Source: Gemmatimonadota bacterium (lineage in GTDB: Bacteria > Gemmatimonadota > Gemmatimonadetes > Gemmatimonadales > GWC2-71-9). Taken from it: 64,000 bases of DNA. How positions within the stretch are numbered: position 1 is the first letter of the stretch; every line of letters starts with the position of its first letter. Positions 1 to 7,393 of this stretch are shown in pieces. The position numbers were made by a program, and so were the translations under genes. The notes below the pieces were generated by a model. That model saw nothing but the letters and a program-made list of their open reading frames with translations, was not told the origin of the DNA and searched no databases. The stretch is from NCBI GenBank assembly GCA_039588295.1, contig JBDHAB010000004.1:1-64000 (forward strand), read 5' to 3'.

Positions 1-396
1 CTCGTTCTGTCAGTTCGCACATCCGCACAGATGCCAACGGCTCAGAAGTGGGAGAACGTCGAGTGGTACGTGGTGATGGGCTGGCAATTCACGGGGGCGG
101 ACGCAGACTCCGCAACAACCATCTTCTGGGATCACATCATGCCTGTGATCGGTGAGGCGTGGCCCGGGACGACATGCCTTCGTGTCATGACAGGTGAGAT
201 GGGCGTCACCTGCTTTGGCCCGATGGCCAACGGCGTGGAAGCACTGGAATGGGAGGTGTCCCCAGGCGATGTCCGGTTCCTGGCTTTGTTCTTTCAACGA
301 GAGGGTGAAGCGGGGATGGGATTGTTTGAGAAATTCATGAACGGTACGACCGGCTTCACGTTGAACATCGCACTGAAGCACAAGGGTGGCATGTAG
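1..396 (+). CDS. Hypothetical, probably secreted protein (5'-partial)
   Basis: ORF 31..396 stays open to the left edge (LVLSVRTSAQ-MPTAQ, resembling the end of a signal peptide). No family recognised. Confidence 0.65.
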   Translation, partial: LVLSVRTSAQMPTAQKWENVEWYVVMGWQFTGADADSATTIFWDHIMPVIGEAWPGTTCLRVMTGEMGVTCFGPMANGVEALEWEVSPGDVRFLALFFQREGEAGMGLFEKFMNGTTGFTLNIALKHKGGM

Positions 397-456
397 CCTC
401 TGGCTGCCTCGCGACCGAACCGCTCCGCCCGCCCCCGCTCCGGGCGGCGTCGTCTC

Positions 457-486
457 AGCCCCGAACGCCGCGTGACGGTCGGGGCT
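457..486. repeat. ~30-nt palindromic repeat, copy 1 (reverse orientation)
   Basis: agccccgaacgccgcgtgacggtcggggct is the reverse complement of copy 2 with 1 mismatch. It is followed by a T-run. Confidence 0.9.
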
Positions 487-548
487 TTTCTTCTGGCTGA
501 ACCTGGCTGTAAATCCTACCTTGGTGCAGTCCCAGCCGAGGTCACTCC

Positions 549-608
549 ATGACTGACCTGCTGGACCGCCTCAGGATGGCGTTGGCCGACCGCTACACCA
601 TCGAGCGA
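549..608 (+). pseudogene. N-terminal stub of a Ser/Thr protein kinase-like gene
   Basis: Translates MTDLLDRLRMALADRYTIER, which resembles starts of Hanks-type kinases (..ADRYxIERELGxGG). The frame then enters AT-rich DNA and stops at 638. Confidence 0.6.
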
Positions 609-624
609 GGATTGAGGAGACTCC

Positions 625-936
625 ATGCTTCAATATAGAGTGAATTTTGATGACTTAGATTGGGAAGAACCACTTGAAGGTGTTAAATGCAAGGTTCTTA
701 AACAAAGTGACAAGCAATTACGCCTTGTTGTGTATTCAAGAGAAATGCCTCTTCATTGGTGTGAAAAAGGACACTATGGGTACATCCTCGACGGTAGGTT
801 CGAAATTGAATTCCAGAATCAAAAAATAGTCTGTCAAACCGGCGATGGCGTATTCATTCCTGCTGGGAACGAGCATAAGCATAGAGCTAAGGTGCTCTCA
901 GAATCCGTAGAGGTAATATTTGTAGAGAATGTATAG
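625..936 (+). CDS. Cupin-domain protein
   Basis: Cupin motifs HWCEKGHYGYILDGRFEI and GDGVFIPAGNEHKH; RBS GAGGAG; strongly AT-rich (22/60 GC in 661-720). Confidence 0.85.
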   Translation: MLQYRVNFDDLDWEEPLEGVKCKVLKQSDKQLRLVVYSREMPLHWCEKGHYGYILDGRFEIEFQNQKIVCQTGDGVFIPAGNEHKHRAKVLSESVEVIFVENV

Positions 937-1017
937 CTGTGTGCTGGCCGCCGTCGCGCCGAGCGAAGGAGGCTAGTAGCAGCCACCACTGCCTGCACCT
1001 TTAGGATGATCCTTCGA

Positions 1018-1047
1018 AGCCCCGAGCGTCACGCGGCGTTCGGGGCT
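1018..1047. repeat. ~30-nt palindromic repeat, copy 2
   Basis: agccccgagcgtcacgcggcgttcggggct. Confidence 0.9.
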
Positions 1048-1146
1048 TTCACCTTGCTCCTCTCCCACCGCCATCTGCGACAACCCCTTAACTGTTTCTT
1101 ACGGGACACGGCCCGTAGGTTGGGTTATTCCCCCCCCTAGGAGATT

Positions 1147-1644
1147 GTGATGCGCAGAATGCTCCTTCTCTTGCTCCTCGTGATTGCCGTTGGGTGCACG
1201 ACCAGCGAACCCCGAGCGACCACTAGTGGCCCCGACGTGGAAGCCATCCAAGACTGGCTCGCCCAGACGATTACCGCATACAACTCTGGGGATGCCGAAG
1301 CTGCCCTGGCGCTGTACGCCGATGAGACACTGTCGATGCCACCTCTTGAGCCGCCGATGGACACGGAGCAAGAACGCGCCACAATGCAAGCGTTCTTCAG
1401 TGAAAACGACATCCAAATTGCTGCTAATGCAGACGACATCGTTGTCGCGGGTGACCTGGGTGTGCTGAGGGCGACGTACAGCGAACGCTGGACGCCCAAG
1501 GCCGAAGGAGAGGCAGGCGAGCAGCGCGGGACCTGGCTGGTCATTCTGCGGAAACAGGCAGACGGCTCCTGGAAGCTGTGGCGGGACATGTGGACCTCTG
1601 AGACTCCGCCGCCCGAGCCTGAGTCCACGCAGCCGGGTCCTTGA
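1147..1644 (+). CDS. NTF2/SnoaL-like (DUF4440-type) lipoprotein
   Basis: Lipobox IAVGC; AYNSGDAEAALALYADE; C-terminal ILRKQADGSWKLWRDMW. Confidence 0.85.
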   Translation: MMRRMLLLLLLVIAVGCTTSEPRATTSGPDVEAIQDWLAQTITAYNSGDAEAALALYADETLSMPPLEPPMDTEQERATMQAFFSENDIQIAANADDIVVAGDLGVLRATYSERWTPKAEGEAGEQRGTWLVILRKQADGSWKLWRDMWTSETPPPEPESTQPGP

Positions 1645-1693
1645 ACTAAGCACCCACCGCACCGCCCGGCCTGCGTCGGGCGGCTGCGTTTTC

Positions 1694-1722
1694 GCCCCGA
1701 GCGTCACGCGGCGTTCGGGGCT
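1694..1722. repeat. ~30-nt palindromic repeat, copy 3
   Basis: gccccgagcgtcacgcggcgttcggggct, core identical to copy 2. It is preceded by a ccgcccg..cgggcgg hairpin, as is copy 1. Confidence 0.9.
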
Positions 1723-1862
1723 TTTGGTTGCGGCAAACCATCGGAGTGTCTTCGCGAGGGACGCGGTCTTTCGGCTCCCCCGTCCACCCACTGACCCCGT
1801 GCTTCGGGAACCACCACACGTGAACGACGAGGGCACCGAGCAGGGGAATCGCGGAGCTCACC

Positions 1863-2420
1863 CTATTTCTTGCCTTCGGGTGACCACCCGAGAAGCTCAT
1901 CGAAAGGTACGGGGTCTAGCCCGCGGAAATCCTTCACCAACTGTAGTACCCGGTCCCTAGGATCAAACAGCGCAACGATCTGTGATGTGACATCAACCAC
2001 TTCGACAGACGCGTCGTGATGTGTGACTTCCCACTTGGAAACGATCAATAACACGCCGGCATCCTCGGCGATTTGCGGAAGCTGCTCCTCGAGTTTTTGC
2101 ATGATGCCTCTGACGGAGCCCACGCCGAACCCCTGGTGGTGCATGATCTGCTTGAACGCTGGCATGTAGGCTTCCATTCTCTCCACCTGCGCCGAATCCC
2201 CCGCCGCGCGCGCCGCCTCGAGATCTCGTTCGAGCCGATGGACCTTCTCTTGGAACTCCGCGCGAAACTCAACGGAGTTGTAGTACGCGGTGGCGATGGC
2301 GCGGGAATCAAACGTGCCGATCCGGAGCGAACCGGAATCAGAAGCTTCCTGGCCATTCGCCGCCGAGGTCGACAGCAGCGTGATTGCCCCAAGTACGAGG
2401 AGCGACTTGAGCGAGCGCAT
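1863..2420 (-). CDS. Secreted protein, OmpH/Skp-like
   Basis: RBS GGAGG before MRSLKSLL; signal peptide; LRIGTFDSRAI, a coiled-coil and IAEDAGVLLIV..DVTSQIV resemble Skp architecture. Confidence 0.6.
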   Translation of the reverse strand: MRSLKSLLVLGAITLLSTSAANGQEASDSGSLRIGTFDSRAIATAYYNSVEFRAEFQEKVHRLERDLEAARAAGDSAQVERMEAYMPAFKQIMHHQGFGVGSVRGIMQKLEEQLPQIAEDAGVLLIVSKWEVTHHDASVEVVDVTSQIVALFDPRDRVLQLVKDFRGLDPVPFDELLGWSPEGKK

Positions 2421-2492
2421 GATGCACCTCCAAAAGATCAGATTGAACACCCACCGTCATTGCCCCATGGCGGGCTTCTGCACGACCTGGCT

Positions 2493-3242
2493 TCATCCGA
2501 CTTCTTCGTCCTGTTCACCGTCGGAGCTTCCCTCCCGGAGGAGCGCAAGGCCAGAGGCGATCAGAGGCACGAGAAGGAGCGCCGACGTGAGGAGCATGCC
2601 CGACGGTTCCAGGGAGCGCGCCAGCCAGGTCGGAAATGTCAGCATAAAGAGGAAGGCAGCCACGACGAGGAGCACCGCGCCGGTCCGGCGGGGCCATCGG
2701 CCGACCGTCCAAGCCAGGACAAAGAATGGCACAACGACTACCAACCCCATGAGTGTCGCCAGCATCGCCTCCAGCGGCGTGCTCGGCGGCTCGCCTATAA
2801 TGGCTGCGATCACAAAGACGGTCCAGAACGAGCCGAACACGATCAGGACTCGGGACGCCGTCTTCTTCGCTCCCCAGTATCGCAGCAAGGAACTGAACAG
2901 CCAGGTCGTCCACAAGATGACCAGGACGAGCATGATCCACCCCGCGGGGCCCTCCAGATTCGCGTCCTGCCACCGCAAGGCGGAGATCGCGAAAACCGCC
3001 GCGAGACCTCCCATCAGGTAGGCGAGGTAGCCGGCACGGTACGCCGCCTCGCGCTGGAACTCGTCCTGATCTCTGAGCCAACCCAGTTCCCGGAGGATGC
3101 CGGGGCCGAACGCACCCAGCCCCGCCAAGATGAGAAACCCCATGCCCACGAACATCGAAAGGAAGAGCCCGAGTATCACCAGGCCGCCCGCGATCAGTCC
3201 GGCGAGCGGGGGTAACCGTCTTCCGTTAGCGTGGTCAGCCAT
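2493..3242 (-). CDS. Multi-pass membrane protein
   Basis: About 8 hydrophobic segments; [12 protein letters not shown] motif typical of membrane proteins paired with small HTH regulators; overlaps the HTH gene. Confidence 0.8.
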   Translation of the reverse strand: MADHANGRRLPPLAGLIAGGLVILGLFLSMFVGMGFLILAGLGAFGPGILRELGWLRDQDEFQREAAYRAGYLAYLMGGLAAVFAISALRWQDANLEGPAGWIMLVLVILWTTWLFSSLLRYWGAKKTASRVLIVFGSFWTVFVIAAIIGEPPSTPLEAMLATLMGLVVVVPFFVLAWTVGRWPRRTGAVLLVVAAFLFMLTFPTWLARSLEPSGMLLTSALLLVPLIASGLALLREGSSDGEQDEEVG

Positions 3243-3465
3243 GGTTCTCCTCCCCTGCGAGTTCGAACAACGTCTCCACGGCGACGCCGAAGATCCCTGC
3301 CAGTCGGAGCGCTAGGCCAATGGAGGGATTGTATTTGCCCCGCTCGATTGAGAGGATCGTCTGGCGGGTGACACCGACCCGATCGGCCAGGTCCTGCTGG
3401 GTCATACCGTCGACCTGGCGTCGGTGACGGCGGACGTGATTCCTGACTTCGTGCGAGGCGCCCAC
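3235..3465 (-). CDS. XRE/Cro-C1 family HTH regulator
   Basis: [43 protein letters not shown] start at 3465 is likely. Confidence 0.92.
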   Translation of the reverse strand: MGASHEVRNHVRRHRRQVDGMTQQDLADRVGVTRQTILSIERGKYNPSIGLALRLAGIFGVAVETLFELAGEENHG

Positions 3466-3473
3466 ATCAGGGT

Positions 3474-3514
3474 ATGTACAGTCACCTATACATAATGTCA
3501 AGCTAGCTGTACAT
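3474..3514 (-). promoter_or_regulatory. Two tandem imperfect palindromes (putative XRE operator) overlapping a TTGACA -35
   Basis: ATGTACAGTCACCTATACAT (3474-3493) and ATGTCAAGCTAGCTGTACAT (3495-3514); minus-strand TTGACA at 3496-3501. Confidence 0.65.
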
Positions 3515-3570
3515 TCCGTTTGGCGAGTGTCCAGTGGGAGCGGAGCGGTTGATTGCGGACGGGCATTGGT

Positions 3571-3703
3571 TCAGCCGAGCGTTGGGGCTAACGCAGTTTG
3601 GCGAGTGAAGTCGGCCAGGACGCCAAAGCCCCGCGGGACTTTCAGCTCCTATGCGCCTGGCGCGATTCGTTGCGTTAGCAGACCGCGGGGTGCGGTTGGC
3701 TGA
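3571..3703. other. Nested long imperfect hairpin of unknown role
   Basis: Pairings tcagccga/ttggctga, gctaacgca/tgcgttagc, gccagg/cctggc and an apical aaagcccc-gc-gggacttt. Confidence 0.5.
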
Positions 3704-3726
3704 GCGTTGTCGCCGTATGCAGCGGG

Positions 3727-3751
3727 AGCCCCGAGCGTCACACGGCGTTCG
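3727..3751. repeat. Palindromic repeat, degenerate copy 4
   Basis: agccccgagcgtcacacggcgttcg; the right arm is lost. Confidence 0.8.
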
Positions 3752-3790
3752 CGACCTCTGCGCTACCGCATCTCCAACCAGCCTGCGAGG

Positions 3791-3877
3791 TTACTCTTTC
3801 TTGCGCCCCGCCTTGCGGGTAATCATCCAGATTACGACGACGACAACAAGGATGATCAGTAGAGCCACATCACTCAT
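3791..3877 (-). CDS. 28-aa single-TM small protein
   Basis: MSDVALLIILVVVVVIWMITRKAGRKKE; RBS GGAGG upstream; too short for the ORF track. Confidence 0.7.
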   Translation of the reverse strand: MSDVALLIILVVVVVIWMITRKAGRKKE

Positions 3878-4515
3878 CGCTCTTTTCCTCCGTGAAGGTC
3901 TCGTTCTGCTCCACCTTTCACTCCTTCACCCGTCCCGACGGCCGGCTAGGTTGCGTGCCGAGTCTCAGATAGAACCATGGTTCGCGTCGCGCGAACACGT
4001 CGCTTGCCATCGTGTCGCATCGTAGGGGCCCCTGCTCCGGCTGCCAGAACTCCACTACCAGCCGCGCTGAGCCAGCGGCGACTTCGCGAGCATCTACTGT
4101 ATGCCGCGAACAGGCTCCCGCCAGACCCTGCTTGCGACATCGGGTGCCGGATCTGGGACATTCGTTCGTCGCAGCATCCCCGACGATCGTGATCGAGATT
4201 GCGAGCCAGGATGCCGATGCCGGATAGAGAGGTGAAGTGTTCCTCCTCTTGTCTCTCAACCCCGATGCGCTTGAAGGGAAACAGGTAGCCGAAAGTCCCG
4301 TGGTCGTTCCGGGACCCTCGTCGTCAGCCTGAGTCTCTTAGCTTCGTGTATTCCCTCACTACCTCGTGCAAGAGTAGTCACACTGTTTCGGCAGACACTT
4401 CCGCTAATCATTTCCTCCTCAAGACGCTGCAAAGCTCCAGAGTATTCCCGCTCGCCGTGTGACGCAGGGACCCTCCTCCCTCTCCTCCGCGCGTCGGGGA
4501 CGTCTCGGGTCAAGG

Positions 4516-4662
4516 TGGGACCTATGGGACCCACGAGGTTCGGGAAGGTGTGCAAGTTTCTGTGCAATTTCAGATACACAAAGGGTGCGAAACTCACTTT
4601 CAAGCTTCGCACCCTTGGCTTATTTCCCCCCGTGTTTACGTCAACCAGGCGAAATACACGGG
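4516..4662. mobile_element. Putative att-site remnant of an integrative element
   Basis: Direct repeats tgggacc (4516, 4525) and tgtgcaa (4549, 4561); hairpins at 4581-4616 and 4629-4662; abuts the broken tRNA-Pro. Confidence 0.4.
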
Positions 4663-4672
4663 CTCGCGGCAG

Positions 4673-4713
4673 GCTCCCGAAGCAGGCGCGCTACCGAGCT
4701 GCGCTACGCCCCG
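4673..4713 (-). pseudogene. Truncated tRNA-Pro(CGG), 5' part only
   Basis: CGGGGCG TA GCGC AGCTCGGTA GCGC G CCTGC TTCGGGA GC, after which the sequence diverges; no T-loop. Confidence 0.85.
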
Positions 4714-4786
4714 TAACCACAGCGATAAGTGATAAGGGAGACGGGGGAACTGAAATCGAGGAACATCGCTTATCCCTTTTCCCTTC

Positions 4787-4820
4787 AGTCAGACGCTCTG
4801 TCCAATTGAGCTATGGGCGC
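4787..4820 (-). pseudogene. Truncated tRNA (Arg-like), 5' half only
   Basis: GCGCCCA TA GCTC AATTGGACA GAGC G TCTGA CT, then spacer repeats. Arg identity is inferred from the 5' sequence; the anticodon is absent. Confidence 0.8.
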
Positions 4821-4913
4821 GGGGTAGGGAGGTCACAGGTGTTAGGTGGTAGGTAATAGGGTGAGGAAGCTGCCCGTCCTCCCCCACCACCTACCACCTG
4901 TCACCTACCCCTA

Positions 4914-4987
<74 letters not shown>

Positions 4988-5062
4988 AAAACGATAGTAG
5001 GACGGTACGAAGGTAGGACGGTACCTGTCTACCGTCTTACCGCCCTACCGTCCTACCGTCAG

Positions 5063-5136
5063 TAGCGGGGGTGGGATTTGAACCCACGACCTCCGGGTTA
5101 TGAGCCCGGCGAGCTACCAGACTGCTCCACCCCGCG
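5063..5136 (-). tRNA. Initiator tRNA-fMet(CAT)
   Basis: CGCGGGGTGGAGCAG..CCGGG CTCATAA CCCGG; unpaired C1 and three G-C pairs in the anticodon stem. Confidence 0.96.
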
Positions 5137-5216
5137 CCGTAGGCTGGTACGTTGGTAGAACCGCTTGCCACCATCACTTACCGTCCTACCGCCTTACCCT
5201 CCTACCGTCCTCCGAG

Positions 5217-5289
5217 AGCGGGAAACGGGACTCGAACCCGCGACCCCAACCTTGGCAAGGTTGTGCTCTACCAGCTGAGCTATTCCCGC
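5217..5289 (-). tRNA. tRNA-Gly(GCC)
   Basis: GCGGGAATAGCTCAG..CAACC TTGCCAA GGTTG..GTTCGAGTCCCGTTTCCCGCT. Confidence 0.97.
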
Positions 5290-5389
5290 GAGCGACGTCG
5301 ATCCGACGGTCGGTTGGCCCGACCCTCCGCTGTATCGTGGTGTCCCGAACTCCCACCGTCCCAACGTCTTACCGCCCTGTCGTCCTGTA

Positions 5390-5462
5390 TGGAGGCGAGG
5401 GGAATCGAACCCCTGACCTCGTGAATGCCATTCACGCGCTCTCCCAACTGAGCTACGCCCCC
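5390..5462 (-). tRNA. tRNA-Ala(GGC)
   Basis: GGGGGCGTAGCTCAG..CGTGA ATGGCAT TCACG..; G3:U70 pair. Confidence 0.97.
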
Positions 5463-5507
5463 ATTATATTAGACGCCCTCTTGGGGGCGCCGCGTCGGGA
5501 ACATGGC

Positions 5508-5536
5508 AAGCTATCTGAGGCGTTTTGGGGTGTCAA
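5508..5536 (-). promoter_or_regulatory. Sigma-70 promoter of the tRNA operon
   Basis: TTGACA-17 nt-TAGCTT on the minus strand. Confidence 0.75.
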
Positions 5537-5662
5537 GCGCGGCACGATTCCCCTGAGAACTTCCCGCGGATCACGGTGTAGTGACTGGGGGATTGACAGG
5601 ACTTCGGAACCCGCCGCCGGACGCCATCTGGCGGCCCTGCGAACAAGGTGTATATAGGACAC

Positions 5663-6550
5663 ATGGCAGAACGTACCCGAAAGAAACGGCGTCGGACGGC
5701 GCCGGCCATTGCGGTCAACGAGGACGACCGAGACCTCCTCGACCAGTACCTCTTCGAGGTGAGCAAGACCCCCCTCCTGACACCCAAGGAGGAGATCGAG
5801 CTCGCCAAGAAGGTGCGGAAGGGCGATACGGAGGCCATGCAGGAGCTCGCCAAGCGGAACCTCCGCTTCGTGATTTCCGTGGCCAAGAAGTACCAGAATC
5901 GCGGGCTTCCGCTCACGGACCTGATCGGAGAGGGCAACGTCGGACTCCTCACCGCCGCGCGTAAATTCGATCCCGACCAGGGCGTGAAGTTCATCTCCTA
6001 CGCCGTCTGGTGGATCCGCCAGGCCATCCTGGCCTCACTCGCACGGCAAGGACGCACGGTGCGCGTCCCGTTGAACCGTACGGCGGACCTGTCCAAGATC
6101 GTCAAGACCGCCGAGGCCCTGCGCCAGGAACTCCGGCGCGAGCCCACCCCGGAAGAGATCTCCCGGGCGACCGGCCTGTCCATGGAGGTCGTCCAGTCGC
6201 TCGCCGCGCTCAATACTGGCGAGGTCCGGCTCGACGCACCCCTGGATCCGGAAGGCGACCGCGCGCTCATCGAGCGGTTCATCGCGGAAGACCTGCCGGA
6301 CACCGAAGAGCGAACCATGGAGCGGTTCCTGAGCGACGAGGTCGAAGAGGCGCTGCAGAGCCTTCCGGCCCGCGACGCCAAGGTGCTGCGACTCTACTTC
6401 GGCCTGGACGGTGGCCGCGAGCACACGCTGGAAGAGATCGGTGGTATGCTCGGCGTGACCCGCGAGCGGGTCCGTCAGCTCCGCGACCGCGCGCTCAAAC
6501 GACTGCGCGAAGGGGACATCGGCAAGGCGCTGGCGAGCTTCGCGGCGTAA
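5663..6550 (+). CDS. RpoD/SigA-family sigma-70 factor (no region 1.1)
   Basis: NLRFVISVAKKY, DLIGEGNVGL, KFISYAVWWIRQAI, TLEEIGGMLGVTRERVRQ. Confidence 0.95.
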   Translation: MAERTRKKRRRTAPAIAVNEDDRDLLDQYLFEVSKTPLLTPKEEIELAKKVRKGDTEAMQELAKRNLRFVISVAKKYQNRGLPLTDLIGEGNVGLLTAARKFDPDQGVKFISYAVWWIRQAILASLARQGRTVRVPLNRTADLSKIVKTAEALRQELRREPTPEEISRATGLSMEVVQSLAALNTGEVRLDAPLDPEGDRALIERFIAEDLPDTEERTMERFLSDEVEEALQSLPARDAKVLRLYFGLDGGREHTLEEIGGMLGVTRERVRQLRDRALKRLREGDIGKALASFAA

Positions 6551-6574
6551 CACAATTCGTGACATCACAGTGAG

Positions 6575-6612
6575 ACCGAGGCTGGGGCCAATGCCCTAGC
6601 CTCGGTTGTTTT
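6575..6612 (+). terminator. Intrinsic terminator
   Basis: accgaggctggggc-caat-gccctagcctcggt followed by tgtttt. Confidence 0.75.
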
Positions 6613-6631
6613 GCCGCCGTACATTCGCCGC

Positions 6632-7393
6632 GTGTATCAGGGCATTGCCGTTCGCGTAGCGGAGTGGCTCACAGCGCTCGGACGGGTGGGGAATTTCGTG
6701 GCCGACGTCACCCGCAGCACGCGGGAAGTGTCGACCTGGGGACCCCTCACCCCCGGGCTCATGCGACGCATTGGGGTCCAGTCGCTCCCGATCGCGCTGT
6801 TCATCGCCACCTTTACCGGCATCGTCCTGGCGCTCCTCTCCTCGTACAGCTTCACGGGCGCCGTCCCGCTGTACTTCATCGGGGCGTTCGTGGGCAAGGC
6901 GATGATGCTGGAACTGGCACCCGTGCTGGTCGGACTGGCACTCGCTGGGCGCGTCGGGGCGAACATCGCGGCCGAGTTGGGCACGATGCGCGTCACCGAA
7001 CAGGTCGATGCGCTGGAAACCCTCGCGTTCGATCCGCTGGCATACCTCGTGGTGCCCCGCGTGCTCGCGGCAACCCTCATGTTCCCGGCAGTGGTCGCCC
7101 TCGCCACGGCGATGGGGATTACCGCGGGGTGGGTTACGGCGGTGAACCTGCTGGATCTGTCGACGACCGATTTCGTGAAAGGGCTGCGGCTGTTCTACGA
7201 GTTCAAGGACATCTGGTTCGGGCTCCTCAAGAGCATGTCGTTCGGACTGGCAATCGCGTTGATCGGGTGCATGAAAGGTCTGGACACCCGGGGTGGCGCC
7301 GAGGGCGTGGGACGGGAAACAACCCGCGCCGTCGTGCTGTCTGCCGAGATGATCCTCGTGCTCGACGCATTCTGGGCGGTGGTGCTCCTATGA
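6632..7393 (+). CDS. mlaE: MlaE-family ABC permease
   Basis: ELAPVLVGLALAGRVGANIAAELGTMRVTEQVDAL; GGAEGVGRETTRAVV. Start is approximate. Confidence 0.93.
   Translation: MYQGIAVRVAEWLTALGRVGNFVADVTRSTREVSTWGPLTPGLMRRIGVQSLPIALFIATFTGIVLALLSSYSFTGAVPLYFIGAFVGKAMMLELAPVLVGLALAGRVGANIAAELGTMRVTEQVDALETLAFDPLAYLVVPRVLAATLMFPAVVALATAMGITAGWVTAVNLLDLSTTDFVKGLRLFYEFKDIWFGLLKSMSFGLAIALIGCMKGLDTRGGAEGVGRETTRAVVLSAEMILVLDAFWAVVLL

Noticed and set aside
3586..3680. Canonical integron attC site
   Set aside because: GCTAAC/GTTAGC ends are present, but the L-box spacing does not fit in either orientation and no intI is in the window. Kept only as an atypical hairpin.
457..3751. CRISPR array from the ~30-nt palindromic repeats
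   Set aside because: Spacing is 560-2000 nt, the intervals contain whole genes, orientation is mixed and there are no cas genes.
4012..4227. Uma2-like endonuclease remnant (RVPDL..PTIVIEIAS)
   Set aside because: Only a short motif resemblance in an otherwise non-coding-looking ORF.
4200..4786. Group I intron interrupting tRNA-Arg or tRNA-Pro
   Set aside because: No downstream 3' exon with a T-loop was found, and the Arg-Pro gap (~70 nt) is too short for an intron.
6664..7389. 497-aa extended MlaF ORF
   Set aside because: The extension is an off-frame shadow of mlaE. The real start is the ATG at 7390.
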